A stretch of DNA of 64,000 bases from Felis catus (lineage: Eukaryota): NCBI RefSeq assembly GCF_018350175.1, contig NC_058368.1, forward strand, positions 128,714,001 through 128,778,000, given 5' to 3'. This document shows positions 25,091 to 37,329 of the stretch, piece by piece. Every line of letters starts with the position of its first letter. Position 1 is the first letter of the stretch. The translations under genes and the position numbers were made by a program. A model generated the notes under the pieces. The model saw only the letters and a program-made list of their open reading frames with translations, was not told the DNA's origin and did no database searches.

Positions 25091-25611
25091 TGTATTTATT
25101 TTTTATTACTCTGCATCAGTATTACCACAAACTTAGCTAAAAACACTACATATTTATCATCGCCCGGTTCCTGTGGTCTTGAGTCCAAGCCTAGATGGGT
25201 TCTCTACTTAGGGTCTCCCATAGACTGCAAACCATGTCAATAGGTATCATCCAGGGCTGCGTTCTCATCTGGAGGTTTGAGTGTGGAAGGATCCATTGTT
25301 CTACACTTGATGCTGGCCAGAGACCACCCTAAGCTCCTAGAAGTCACTGAAAGTTCCTTGCCACATAGGATTCTTCAACGTGCCACCTTTTCTCTTACAG
25401 CCAGCAAGGGAGAGCCTCCAGTAAATGGATGCTGTAAGCTTACATGACATAATCATGCACTCGTAGACATCCCATCACCTTTGCCCTCTTATCATAGTTA
25501 GAAGTACGTCACAGGACCTGCCTTTACTCAAGGGGAAGAAGCCATACAAAGGTGTGGACATGAAGAGATGGGGTTTGTGGAGGCTACCTTAAGAGTTTGT
25601 TCTCTACACAC
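25091..25611 (-). mobile_element. MaLR solo LTR (MLT1E/F-like) inserted in an L1 3' end
   Basis: tgtatt...attaccacaaacttag...catcacctttgcc...tcaaggggaag...ctacaca. Confidence 0.75.
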
Positions 25612-27600
25612 AGTTACATGGATGAACTTTAACAACATTATGTTGAGTAAAATAAGTTAGATGCAAAAGAGTGCATACTGTAAAATTCCATTTATATGAA
25701 ACTGTAGGTAAGGCAGAACTCCTCAACAGTGACAGAAAGTGTATCGCTACCTGGGACCTGTGGATGGATTAGGGTGGGTGTTTGTATGTGGTCAGAGATA
25801 GGAAACTTGCAAGTGATGGAAACATTCTATATACTGATTTTGGTGCTGGTTAAAAGGTTGTAAACGTTTTTCAGAATTCATGGAATTGCACACTTAAAAT
25901 GGTTTCACTGTATTTATAAATTATATCAAACTAAAGAGGATTAAAGAAAAAGAATAGTAATAGGCTTGAGCATCCCCAAAATTTTAACTTAAATATGCCA
26001 ATTAAATCTAATAATGTCTTTAAGATATGCTCAAGAGTCAGTAATCAGAAAGTGACTCATTTCATAATATATCACTTGAAGAATTTTCACAGTTAAAAAG
26101 TAGGGATTCTTGTTTTTATAGATTTTTATAATATATATACACCCAGAGCTGGCAAAGATCATTTTTTAAAAGATGAGGCTTTATTATAGTGTTGTCTTCT
26201 CCTTGAGCGAATTAAACAACACATATTTCTAATGTAGTATCTTTTAGATGCAGACTCCTTACAAGCTTTCCATAATTTTAGTTCTGAAGGATCACCTCCT
26301 GAATCTAGTGATAAATGTTTCATTTACCTTAACCCCTGTTGGCACTGCTTCTAAAAGTATATTAGCCGTTTCCAGTGCTTATAGAAATTTGAAAAATGTA
26401 TGCTTCACGAAGTATTTTCCTGCTTGCTTCTTCTAGTCCCTTTTAGTGATTAATGGGAACTTTAATTTGCATGCTCACTTTTACGCTTATTATAGTGTGT
26501 TATGTTCCAATAAGAGTATTAAAGTTCAATGAAAATTTCATGCATACTAATGAGAATGCAGATGAACACTGATGAAAGAATGCTAGGATCTTAAGACATA
26601 AACTTTCCAGTTATCTTGCTAAATTCTATTCAAACAATGGTTACATTATAATGAAGACTGATACAGAATCCACCATACAGATATAATTAGCAATGGCAGA
26701 ATCATTATATAATTTATAATTGGATCGAGGTTCAGTTCCAGATTGTTATGAGGATAAAAAAAAAGAAATGTAATGATTTGATATTAATGCATATTTTTAT
26801 TCTTCCTCTTCCTAACCTTTGCCAACCTTCAGCAGGATATTTCCTTTGTTGCGTAGAGTGATTGGGAAAGTTAGGGATGATTATATAAATGAGTGATCAC
26901 ATTGAATATTTCCAGCTGTAACCTTTATTGGATACATAGCAGTAAATGGTCCTCAACCATCATCTCAAGAAAATTTCAAGTATCTGGTTATTGTAGAATT
27001 ATACAAATGTATATCAGCACTTGCATTTATTTATCAAGATAAAACTAAGATCTTTTTCCTTAAGCCATTTAAAACAAAGCTAAAGGAAGTCCTATATCTT
27101 TCCTTAGAGAATAGTGTGTCCCATGAGGGTAACTATTCTAGGCAGTACTTAATACGTTATCTGAGTTATACTGCATTCTTCTGTGCATGAATTTTATAAA
27201 CTTATACAAAACAAATAAACTTTAGAAAACATGTATCAGAGTTTACTCAATCTATTAATTCAGGGATTTTTTTGAAAATTATTTAGATTCACTTGAAGTA
27301 TTTTTCTTATTTTAACCTTACAAAAAACTGGAAATGTTGTTTTATGGACTTACTGATAAGACAGTTTGTTGTTTTAAGTTGTTTTTCTCATGGTGGTAGT
27401 AAGTATGTATTGTGCCGTGATACTTTTCCAGCATGATCTAAAGCCAACAGTATATGTTCACAGACTCTGGAGTACACGGTCTTCATTAGTAAAAAGTGTA
27501 ACAGTTAATAATGATTTTTATTTTAGATATTATGAAAGTGTTTTTGAATCAGGGTAGATCATTCTTGATATAAGGCTTATACTTACTGGTTGCCCTACCA

Positions 27601-27842
27601 CAGGGGTTGGCAAACTTTCTTTAAAGGGCCAAGTGATAAGTATTTTAGCCTTTGTGGGCTCTACAAGTATGGCTATGTGCCAATAGAACCTTATTTACTG
27701 ACAGTGAAATTTGAATTCTATGTAATTTTCATGTGTCATGAAATAATTATTCTTCCTTTGATATTTTTTTCAACCATTTAAAAATGTAAAACAAGTTACA
27801 AACAGAATTTGACTCTCAAGTTGTGTAGTTAGCCAACCCCTG
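27601..27842. mobile_element. hAT MITE (MER58B-like)
   Basis: Terminal inverted repeats caggggttggcaaact / agttagccaacccctg (15 of 16 match); 8-bp TSD ccctacca / ccctagca. Confidence 0.9.
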
Positions 27843-28344
27843 CCCTAGCAGTTGATTTTTCTTAATTAACTTTTTAATCTAATTTAAAACTGAAGATTTA
27901 CTGCTTAAAACCTTTTAGAGGTATATGGCTTATGTTGAATTATTTTATAAGAAGCTCTATCCTGGGGGAAAAAAATGCCGATAAATAAAGCTAAGTAACT
28001 TTTATTTTGACCATAAGAAGGCAGTTGAAAATTCCATAAATCACTCATTTCCTTGATTGCACAGAGGAATCTTGCTATTGCTAAGCTGGGTTTTCTAACA
28101 CAGGTAAAAATCCCATTACAGCAAATATTTGTGTAGTGGAAATATTTTATAGTGGAAGTATTCGTTCCACAGCTGTATTAAGCACCTACTCTTTTGAGGC
28201 ACTTAGCCGGTAGAAAAATAAATCTCCCATGGATGCATCTTGCTCCTGACAGCCTTACAAGCCTAATAAGGAATATAAAATCTGTACAACTTGGGGCTAG
28301 AAATGGACCAAATAGGAGTGGAAGCTAATGAGAAAGAGAACGCA

Positions 28345-28547
28345 GGGGCGCCTGGGTGGCTCAGTTGGTTAAGTATCTGACTTCAGCTCAGGTCATAATC
28401 TTGCGGTCTGTGAGTTCAAGCCCCGCATTGGGCTCTGGGCTAACAGCTCAGAACCTGGAGCCTGCTTCGGATTCTGTGTCTCCTTCTCCCTCTGTCCCTC
28501 CCCCACTCACACTCTATCTCTCTCTGTCTCTCAAAAATGTATAAATG

Positions 28548-28605
<58 letters not shown>

Positions 28606-28618
28606 AAATTAAAAAAAG
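28345..28618 (+). mobile_element. CanSINE with an expanded (TAAA)n tail
   Basis: TSD aaagagaa(cg/ta)ca; about 13 TAAA units. Confidence 0.95.
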
Positions 28619-28859
28619 AATAAAGAGAATACAGAGAAAAACAACAGGGATAGAAACTCAGAAGTAGGAGTAGAGAAGATAAAACACTGGAACTATATTA
28701 AAAATACTTATATGGGATTACTGCAAGGCCAACAATTGAATGTTGCTCATTGTACCCCAATAACCATACAGTACTGGGTTTGTCTGGAGGACAGTTCCTG
28801 CCTGGTGCTGTTGCTTGGATAACAAAAGGCAGGCTGGTGGAGCTGGTCTGAATAAAAGG

Positions 28860-29230
28860 TAGCTGGTAAACAGAGCTCAGGTTTTAGAGCCATTTTAACA
28901 AGGAGTTGATTCCCAGGCTGTTGAGTTTAGGCAGATTGCTTAATCTTTCTGAAACTCAGTTTCCCAAACTGTAAAATGGGGTCAGCAATTCTTATTTTCT
29001 GACTTGTAATTAAGAGTGCAACCTTTTCTTCCTAGTTTTGTGTTCTTTGCTTGTTGCTTACTGAAATTTGAGAGGCAGCTTAGTAGAATGTGGATATCTT
29101 TTGGAACTAGAAATGGGGACAACTCTGGACTCACATGCTACCATTAGTACTTACTGTATAAATTTGAGACAGTTATTTAATTTCTCTATTAAATAAGGAT
29201 ACCTCACAATTTTGTAATGAAAATTATATC
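28860..29230 (+). mobile_element. Two MIR fragments
   Basis: ggcagattgcttaatctttctgaaactcagtttcccaaactgtaaaatggg and gaggcagcttagtagaatg. Confidence 0.65.
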
Positions 29231-29241
29231 AACTAAAGTGA

Positions 29242-29459
29242 GGGGCGCCTGGGTGGCTCAGTCAGTTAAGCATTCGACTTCGGCTCAGGTCATGATCTGA
29301 CGGTTCATGGGTTTGAGCCCCGCATTGGGCTCTGTGCTGACAGCTCAGAGCCTGGAACCTGCTTCAGACTCTGTGTCTCCTCCTCTCTCTGCCCCTCCCA
29401 TGCTCATGCTCTGTCTCTCTCTGTCTCTCAATAATAATAAATAAACGTTAAAAAGAATT
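29242..29459 (+). mobile_element. CanSINE
   Basis: TSD aactaaagtga. Confidence 0.95.
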
Positions 29460-29580
29460 AACTAAAGTGATCAGTTTTCTACTTTTTAAAGACCAAATTC
29501 CTACAGTATATTTTCTTGATATATTCTTATAGTCCAAGCTGATACTATTGCTCTTAGGGGTTTTTTTTTCAGCCTATTTT

Positions 29581-29799
29581 TTTTTAATTTTTTTTTCAAC
29601 GTTTATTTATTTTTGGGACAGAGAGAGACAGAGCATGAACGGGGGAGGGGCAGAGAGAGAGGGAGACACAGAATCGGAAACAGGCTCCAGGCTCTGAGCC
29701 ATCAGCCCAGAGCCCGACGCGGGGCTCGAACTCATGGACCGCGAGATCGTGACCTGGCTGAAGTCGGACGCTTAACCGACTGCGCCACCCAGGCGCCCC
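29581..29799 (-). mobile_element. Young SINEC_Fc-type SINE
   Basis: Near consensus; TSD cagcctatttt (29570-29580 and 29800-29810). Confidence 0.97.
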
Positions 29800-29859
29800 C
29801 AGCCTATTTTAAAAAATATAGCTGTATTGAATTACAGAGATAATAATAGTTAATAATAA

Positions 29860-30100
29860 TATTAATAATATTAACTTAGACTTAATGCTTACTGTATGCC
29901 AGGCTCTGAGCTAAAAATTTGTATATATAATTTCATATACTTTTCACAACTGTTAAATGTAGATATTATTATAATTTATATTTTGCAGATTGGAAATATG
30001 ATGCTTACAAAATTAAGCAGTTTGCCCCCGATTACACGGCTAGTAAGGGATGCAGTCAAGATTTGAACCCAGAAAGGCTGATTCTACTCTCCTAAACACC
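29860..30100 (-). mobile_element. MIR
   Basis: tgcttactgtatgccagg...ttttgcagattggaaa...gatttgaacccag. Confidence 0.75.
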
Positions 30101-30109
30101 ATCTTCCAT

Positions 30110-30443
30110 GTGATTCATATACACTTCCCTTGAGGCAGCTGGCCCACTTGCTTCCTGTTGCTACAAACATTGTGCACTCAGTGGAAATCAGGCACTTATT
30201 AGGTCTGAAATTGGAAATGGAACTGCCTTTCTTTATTGAACTCCCTATGCTCTTGTATTTTTTCAGGACACAAATCATTACCTGACATCATATATTTGTG
30301 TGTTTGTTTTCTGTTCCCCTTCACTAGTATATATTTTGCAGAAGAGGAGAAAATTCATGGTTAGTCCCTCCTTACATGTCCAGTGCCTAAAATAACATGT
30401 AACAGGTGCTCAATAAATATTTGTTTTATGCATGAATGAGTGA
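30110..30443 (+). mobile_element. L2 3' end
   Basis: ggtgctcaataaatatttgttttatgcatgaatgagtgaa. Confidence 0.7.
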
Positions 30444-30497
30444 AGTGTTTGTGCAAATTATCAAAAATTTACATTTAAGTATTATTTGTCTTTCTAG

Positions 30498-30538
30498 CTT
30501 GGATTAGAGGAAAAAGAAAGACTCCACCTACGATGGAG
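30498..30538 (+). CDS. NDUFAF2: NDUFAF2 internal coding exon (exon 3), 41 nt, phase 1-0
   Basis: Acceptor tttgtctttctAG (30496-30497) and donor GAG|GTAAGA (30539). Splices in frame to the 90-nt exon, giving (A)WIRGKRKTPPTME; human as recalled is AWIRRTRKTPPTME. Confidence 0.95.
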
Positions 30539-31959
30539 GTAAGAATACACAACAAAAATATTCAAATAGCATGTATTTATAATGCTGTGTTTCTCACTTG
30601 GGAGTTTACATGAAGCCTCAGAATAAATATTATGCATCTTCCCAGAGTGTTCATTTTACTCCACAGACAAGAATTTAAAACATCTTTATAATAAATGCAC
30701 AAGTTATATAATATAACATTCAATTCACAGGAATTTTAAAATGAAAAAATACAAATGCAATACAAAATAAAAATATTTTTTAGAAAGTTTAGACTTAAAG
30801 CAACTTACATCAGGATGTTTTGCCTGGTTCCTGGGAGCTGTGTTCTGCTATGGGTGCTTTGGTGGAAAAGTCTGAGAAATACTGAATCTCATGGTTCTAT
30901 CAAACCCTCAATTTTATATCAAATGTAAAAGGTTATAATTTTATATACATTTAACTCTATCATATTTGAAGAAACCTTAAAATATACAATTAGCGTGTAA
31001 CATGGAACACTCAGTATAATAGATGAATTTTTATTTTAAACTTTAAAAACAGTTTTGGCAGCACAGAGAATAAAAAGTATAGCATTGCTGTGGTGTAGTA
31101 TTTTTAAAACATAGTTATTTCATAATTTTTATTTTAAAACAATAGCCTAAAGTGTTCTAAAATTGTTTTGTTAGAATTAAATGTATTCCATAAGAGGAAA
31201 TTTTCTAGTATACTGCCTTCTCCTTTTCTTGTGTTTAGGACCTCCCTCTTCTTTTCTCTCCACTTTTCCTTCACAACTACAGCCCTGATGACAACAGAAA
31301 TGTTGCTCCACCAGTCAGGCCCCACTTGTTGAGAGGTGGGGTACACCAGGGCAGAACTCATGGTGACCCATAAATTGACATACATATGCTCCATTTCTCC
31401 TGTACTGACCCCATCAGTGTTTGTCAGGCTGGGCTATGAACAAGCTTATCTCTAAGCCCATTTATAGCTTTGTATGTTACTTCCACTTTTGCCCTGCCTT
31501 ACTCTTGTCATATCTTTCTAATATCTGTGAACCTTGGAAATAAAAGGGAAGAAAAAGTCATTGTGATTCAAGATTCAGAAGCATCCCCAGTGGTTTGCAG
31601 TGCTAGGAATCATCAAGGAGACCTTACAATTCCTCTTCACGTGGCCGTATTAAGACTTCTTATTCTCAGAGCTAAAGCAGTTTCTTCTAACCTCAGAATT
31701 CTGAAAGCCTTCTTCCATGGAAACATTGATGTGCAAAGTGATTAGATGAAGGCACCTGAAACTATTAGAGCTAAGACACCACCCCCGTAAATTTCAAGTA
31801 ATCCCAGCATTTCAGACAAGCTCCAATCAGAATAGTGAGACCAAGTCATTCTATCCATGATGCTCACATTCTTGAATATCGGAATAGGAGCCTTCCCTTG
31901 CATCTTTTCTAATGTATTATCAATGTCATCCTTCTTTATGCTCTTCTGCATCCTCCCCA

Positions 31960-31998
<39 letters not shown>
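31960..31998 (+). repeat. (CA)n microsatellite
   Basis: Read directly from the sequence. Confidence 0.97.
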
Positions 31999-32004
<6 letters not shown>

Positions 32005-33523
32005 CCTTCCTCTTGATCTCTTCCATTGGGTTTCAGAAATTTCTGTTTGTTTGTTAGCAATTTATCCTTAACTTTTAATATTTCCTAGGAACTTTCTCTA
32101 CCACAAAACCTCAACTGAAATCTGCCTGTGTCTGAAAGATAGTGAGCCTCCTTGTGCTCATTTTACCACAACCCACAGAAAGAATATGGGTTCAACTGTT
32201 TCTTTCTTTCCCTTGTCCCTTCCAAAATATTCTTTCATTTTGTGAACCTAGGGGAGAGTAGTAACTTTGTGACCTAAGTATGTTTTTCTCCACCTATTTA
32301 TAATTTTTATCTCTCCCAACCTCCAGGCCACTCCCCACCCTGATGGTGAAGATGAGAACCAGACTTAGAGACTTCTTCAATGCCTTCCCAAGTCTTAGCT
32401 GTTCAGTTTTTTTTTTTTTTTACTCCATCCACACTAATATCCATACCTCAAGTGAACAACCACTAATGTAGCCACACCTTAGTTCTTACCATCACCAAAC
32501 ACCATTCTACCACTACAGTTTGTAAACTCTTAAATCCCAGATTCTACATATGTCCGGTTAAGAGAAAACTACTTAATTTAAAGTAAGACAAGTTTACAGA
32601 AAGCCACAGGAATTAAATATATGGCTTAATGGGTTATTATAAGGTGAATTCCACAAGGTCAGAAATAGAACTTTGTCATCTAATCCAGAATCATGTACTC
32701 TGTCATAATACAGCCTCCCCCAAAACCAACACTGAACCTTTTGCAGTAAATTTATATAATTTTATCACCCAAATGTACATTATAGTTTAGAGTTTTACAT
32801 TTTGTAAAAACTTCATATTTGATTTAAATCTCCATCAATCTCTGTGGTTCTCCTCCATCCCTTTTATTTTCTTATAAATTTGTCTGTTGAAAAGCCCAGC
32901 CTATTTGACCTGTAGATCTTGCCACAGTTTAGATTTTGTTGATCTTATGTTATTCATGTTAGTTCACGATGTTCCTCTGTCCTCTGTCTTTCCTTCAGTT
33001 TGGCACCTGCATCCAGAAGCTGGCTACTCATGTTTGATCTTTTTGTCAAGACTGTAGAAAATGTTTGGCAAGAATATGGGAGAGCATATCTGGTTGTCCC
33101 TCTTTTTGTGATTTGCACAGTTGCTTATGCTTCATACCTATGTCACTTCATTGGAAACAACCTCCTAATCTTGCATGTCTGTTAAAGCTAGTTAGTTTTC
33201 AAGATGCTATCAGTCATTTGAGCTCTCTACGTTTTTTTCAAATCTCTTAGTGAATTCCCACCCCCAAATAGACTTCTGTCTCTTCTATCTGTACGCTACG
33301 GCTAAAGGTTAGCTAGTAACAATTAGAGTGCCATTTACAGTAGTGTCCGAAAATATTAAATATCCTGATATAAATTAAGCAAAATATATGCAAGACATGT
33401 ACACTTAAAACTACAGAATGCTGTTGAGAGAAATTGAAGAAGACCTAAATTAATGGAGAGAAATATCTGTTCGTGGGTTGGAATATTTAACTGCTAAGAC
33501 GTTACTTCTTCCAAACTGATCTG

Positions 33524-33709
33524 CAGCAGCTTATACTTTATCATGCATCACCATCACCAGGAAGGCTTGTTAAAACACAGATTGCAGGTCCCAGCCCCAG
33601 AGTGGTTAATCCACTAGATCTTAGGGTGAGGCTTGAATATTTTCATTGCATCAAGATCCTTGGTGATACTCATGCTGCTGGTCAAGAGCCCATGCCTTGC
33701 AAACCACTG
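33524..33709. mobile_element. MER5A-like hAT MITE inside the L1
   Basis: gcttgttaaaacacagattgcaggtccc...ggtgatactcatgctgctggtc...accactg. Confidence 0.75.
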
Positions 33710-33959
33710 GTGCAGAGAGTTAGTCAAATAAAAATCAAGTTAAAATTCCACCAGACTTGTAGAAATCAAGATGTAGATGAATTCTAAAATATATTTGAAA
33801 ATGCAAAGGCCCTAAAGTAGCTGAAAGCAATCATGAAAAAGGAGATTAAAAATTAGAGAACTTACACTGTCTGGCACTAAGACTTACTCTAAAACTGTAG
33901 TAATGAGGTACTGGGATAAGGATATATAAATAAATGAATGGAAAAGAATAGAGAATCCA

Positions 33960-34185
33960 GGGGCGCCTGGGTGGCTCAGTCGGTTAAGCGTCTGACTTTG
34001 GTTCAGGTCATGATCTCACAGTTTGTGGGTTTGAGCACCACATTGGGCTCTGTGCTGATGGTTCAGAGCCTGGAGCCTGCTTCGGATTCTGTGTCTCCTT
34101 CTGTCTCTGCCCCTCCCCCACCTGTGCTCTGTCTCTCTCTGTCTCTCAAAAATAAATAAATGTAAAAAAAAAAATTAAAAAAAAA
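33960..34185 (+). mobile_element. CanSINE
   Basis: TSD aaaagaatagagaatcca. Confidence 0.95.
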
Positions 34186-36702
34186 AAGAATAGAGAATCC
34201 AGAAGTAGACACCATACAGCCAATTGGCTTTGACAATGGCACCAAAGGAACACAATTACAAATGGAAAGCCTTTTCAACAAATGGTGTTAGGATAACTTA
34301 ATGTCCACATGGAAAAAATAAAGATCCCTACCTGACATCACGTGCCAGTATTAATTCAAGATGGAACATAGACTAAACATAAAAGCTAAAACTTAAAATC
34401 CTTCTAGAAGAAACCATAGTGGAATATTTTCACAACTTTGGGGTAAACAAGAGATAGAAAGTGCTATCCAGAAGGGAGAAGCATTGATCATTTGAACTTA
34501 ATCAAAATTAAAACTAAGCTTCTCAAAAAATAACATTAGCAAAGCAGTAAACTGGGAGAAAATAATCACAGCGTATGTATTTGACAAGACTCGTATCCAG
34601 ACTATACAAAGAACACCTCAACTCAATGATTTAAAAGAAAAGAAGGCAACGCTAATAAAAATTGGGTAAAAATCTTGAACAGTCACTTTATAAAATACAA
34701 GAATGAGCACTAAGCCTATGAAAAGATACTCACCATCTCTAGTCATCAGGGAAACCACAATGAGATGCCACTCTACTAGACACACAAGAAAAGAGCTAAA
34801 ATTCAAAAGATTAACAATAACTAGAGCAACCATACCTTTCATGTAGTACTGGTTGTTGTAAAAATAATGCAACCACATTAAAAAACTGGCTGTTTTTTAT
34901 AAAATCAATCACATCTACCCTCTGACACCAGTTTTTTTTCTCCTGGCCCCTTTCAAGTCTGAAGGAATAAATATTTAGGCATATTTCTTGGGAAGCTCGG
35001 TCCAAAAGAAGGTCTAGTTGGCTGGCAGACCATGAATGGCCTCCTGATTTGTGCCCAGCCCATGTTTTCTTACTTTCCTCCTTCTGCTTGTTATACCCAC
35101 TCAACTCTACAAGAACTCCCTACTGTTTCTCAGGTTTCCTGTCTTTTCCCTCTCTCATCAGCTGGCACACTTCTGCTTGTGCTTAGTTCCCTTTAAAGTT
35201 CTTTGATGGGATTCTTTGATTCCCTTTAAAATTCCTCGACTGTTTGCTCAACTTTTCATCGCGTAGAGTTAATCGCTCCTATCTAATTAGAACTGTACTG
35301 CCATGTACAGCTGTGTAGCTCTTTGAGTTCAGTATTATAACTCTCTGTTTTATTTTTCCATCTTTCTGACTATAGTATGAGCTGTATGGCCCAAGACATA
35401 TTTGTTTGCATGTCACAGATACCTAACACAGAGCCTGATTAATTATTTGATAAGCTTTTGTTGACAGAATTGGAAATCTCATTGCCATGTAAGCATATTC
35501 CATGGTCTCCATGCAGAGTTTGAATTTCCAACAACCCACTGTAAAATGACCTGATAAAACTGAACATATTTTGAATTTGAGCATTGCCTGTACTGTATTG
35601 TTACTGTTGGTTGCCAATATAGTAAAGCACCTATTCGTCAGTGTGGTACAAGTTGAATTAATATTTCACAAAATTAATGAGGTAGACTTTTCCTAGTGAT
35701 GACCATATTCCGTTTGAAGTCACGTATAGCAAATATTTTTAAATATTTCTTCTTCTTTCATACTGACAGAACAGTAGGAAACAAAGTTTGTAAAAAGTAA
35801 ATAAATGTATTGCCAAATATTGACAAAATACATGACTCAGCAATAGGTTTACAGACACTAGAAGAAAGCTATAATATTCGACCTCACCTATTTCATTTTT
35901 AATACATATACTCCATAAAAAAAGGAAGAGAAAATTCTAGAAGCCAGTAGAAATGGAGATGGTGATGCTGTAGTCAAATGAAAGGTTGGGGTAGCTAGGT
36001 GGGATAATACTTAACAGTAATTCATTTACTTGACTGTGTTCTCAGATCTGACCTAGAAGCTCCAAAGACTCACTTTTGTCCATGTCCAAGGTGATTTGGC
36101 TCTAAAAGATATCACAATGACTAAAAGATAAATATGTGAGTTTGAAATAGTTGCCAGAATTCCAATCTGTTAATTTACAATAGAAATTCAATTAGCACAA
36201 GAAAAAACAGTAGGTTACCTGGTAAGTATGACATTAGGATAAAGGGAGTTAAGTAAAATAAATGTTTAATTGCATCAGGGCTATAACTGCCTGTTGTGTC
36301 CATCTCACAGTAGGGATAACCTGACCCATAGGAATGGAAATATTTAAATAGAATTGGCCACAGTTCCCAACATCTGTCTCTATACTAGGAATAACCTTAT
36401 GATTTGGAATAGTAAAAATTGCCATGTGCTGGTTGAGGCTTTTGCTTTCAGGGATGCTGTTTTTATGGACTGCCAGCATTTGTCTCTGTGATCTCTTCTT
36501 TTCTTTGCTTCCCCATTTTGACTGACATATTATTTCTTTTGCTATTACAGTGGTTACATTATGATCAAATGTTGCTGACCCTGCAGATGTTCTTTCGTTT
36601 ATTCTTTTCACATCGCTGTTCTGGCCTGTAAGATGTTGATCTTACAGTTCAATTTTCAGAAAAAAAATCTTATTTCTGAATTCTTTTTTTAAGGTTTTAT
36701 TT

Positions 36703-36927
36703 ATTTTTTTTTTAATTTTTTTTTCAACGTTTATTTATTTTTGCAACAGAGAGAGACAGAGCATGAACGGGGGAGGGGCAGAGAGTGAGGGAGACACAGA
36801 ATCGGAAACAGGCTCCAGGCTCTGAGCCATCAGCCCAGAGCCTGATGCGGGGCTCGAACTCCCAGACCGCGAGATTGTGACCTGGCTGAAGTCGGACGCT
36901 TAACCGACTGCGCCACCCAGGCGCCCC
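36703..36927 (-). mobile_element. Young SINEC_Fc-type SINE in the tail of an older short SINE
   Basis: Inner TSD taaggttttattt (36690-36702 and 36928-36940). Confidence 0.96.
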
Positions 36928-37030
36928 TAAGGTTTTATTTTTAAGTAATCTCTACACCCAACATGGGACTCAAACTCATGACCCCAAGGTCAAGAGTCAC
37001 ATGTTCCACCAACTGAACCAGCAGGTGCCC
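36928..37030 (-). mobile_element. Short SINEC_c-like SINE (host)
   Basis: Outer TSD ctta(t/c)ttctgaattctt (36669-36685 and 37031-37047). Confidence 0.9.
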
Positions 37031-37329
37031 CTTACTTCTGAATTCTTGAGGCCCATTTCACCATTGTCTCCAAGTAACTTATTGCTTGAGTTCTCAGTAC
37101 CCAGTATTATTATGTTCATTTTAGAAGTTACAGAATTGAAATGTCTTTTAAAATGGATATTTTGCATATGTAACCCCACTTTCCTGCTGCCTTAAATTGC
37201 AAAGATGGATTTTGGACCCCTACCTCAAACCTCACACTCACTTCTGGTTATGAAGTGGAAATGGATAAGAAAATTGCAACATGTTCATATAGTAGGTTAC
37301 AGCATGATTCATTAAAAATAAATAAACTA

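Larger units (their letters stand above)
21250..25940 (+). mobile_element. Old L1M ORF2 to 3' end (fragmented), with several nested elements
   Basis: gatgcagaaatcattaacaaaatattagca, cacagatgacataattg, gtatccagaatatgtaaagaactc and aaattccatttatatgaa. Confidence 0.8.
5778..30497 (+). other. NDUFAF2: NDUFAF2 intron 2 (24,720 nt, GT-AG)
   Basis: Bounded by the two exons, with compatible phase. Confidence 0.9.
33320..34925 (+). mobile_element. Old L1ME-like ORF2 3' part
   Basis: aaattgaagaagacctaaattaatggagaga, cttttcaacaaatggtg and accacaatgagatgccac. Confidence 0.8.
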
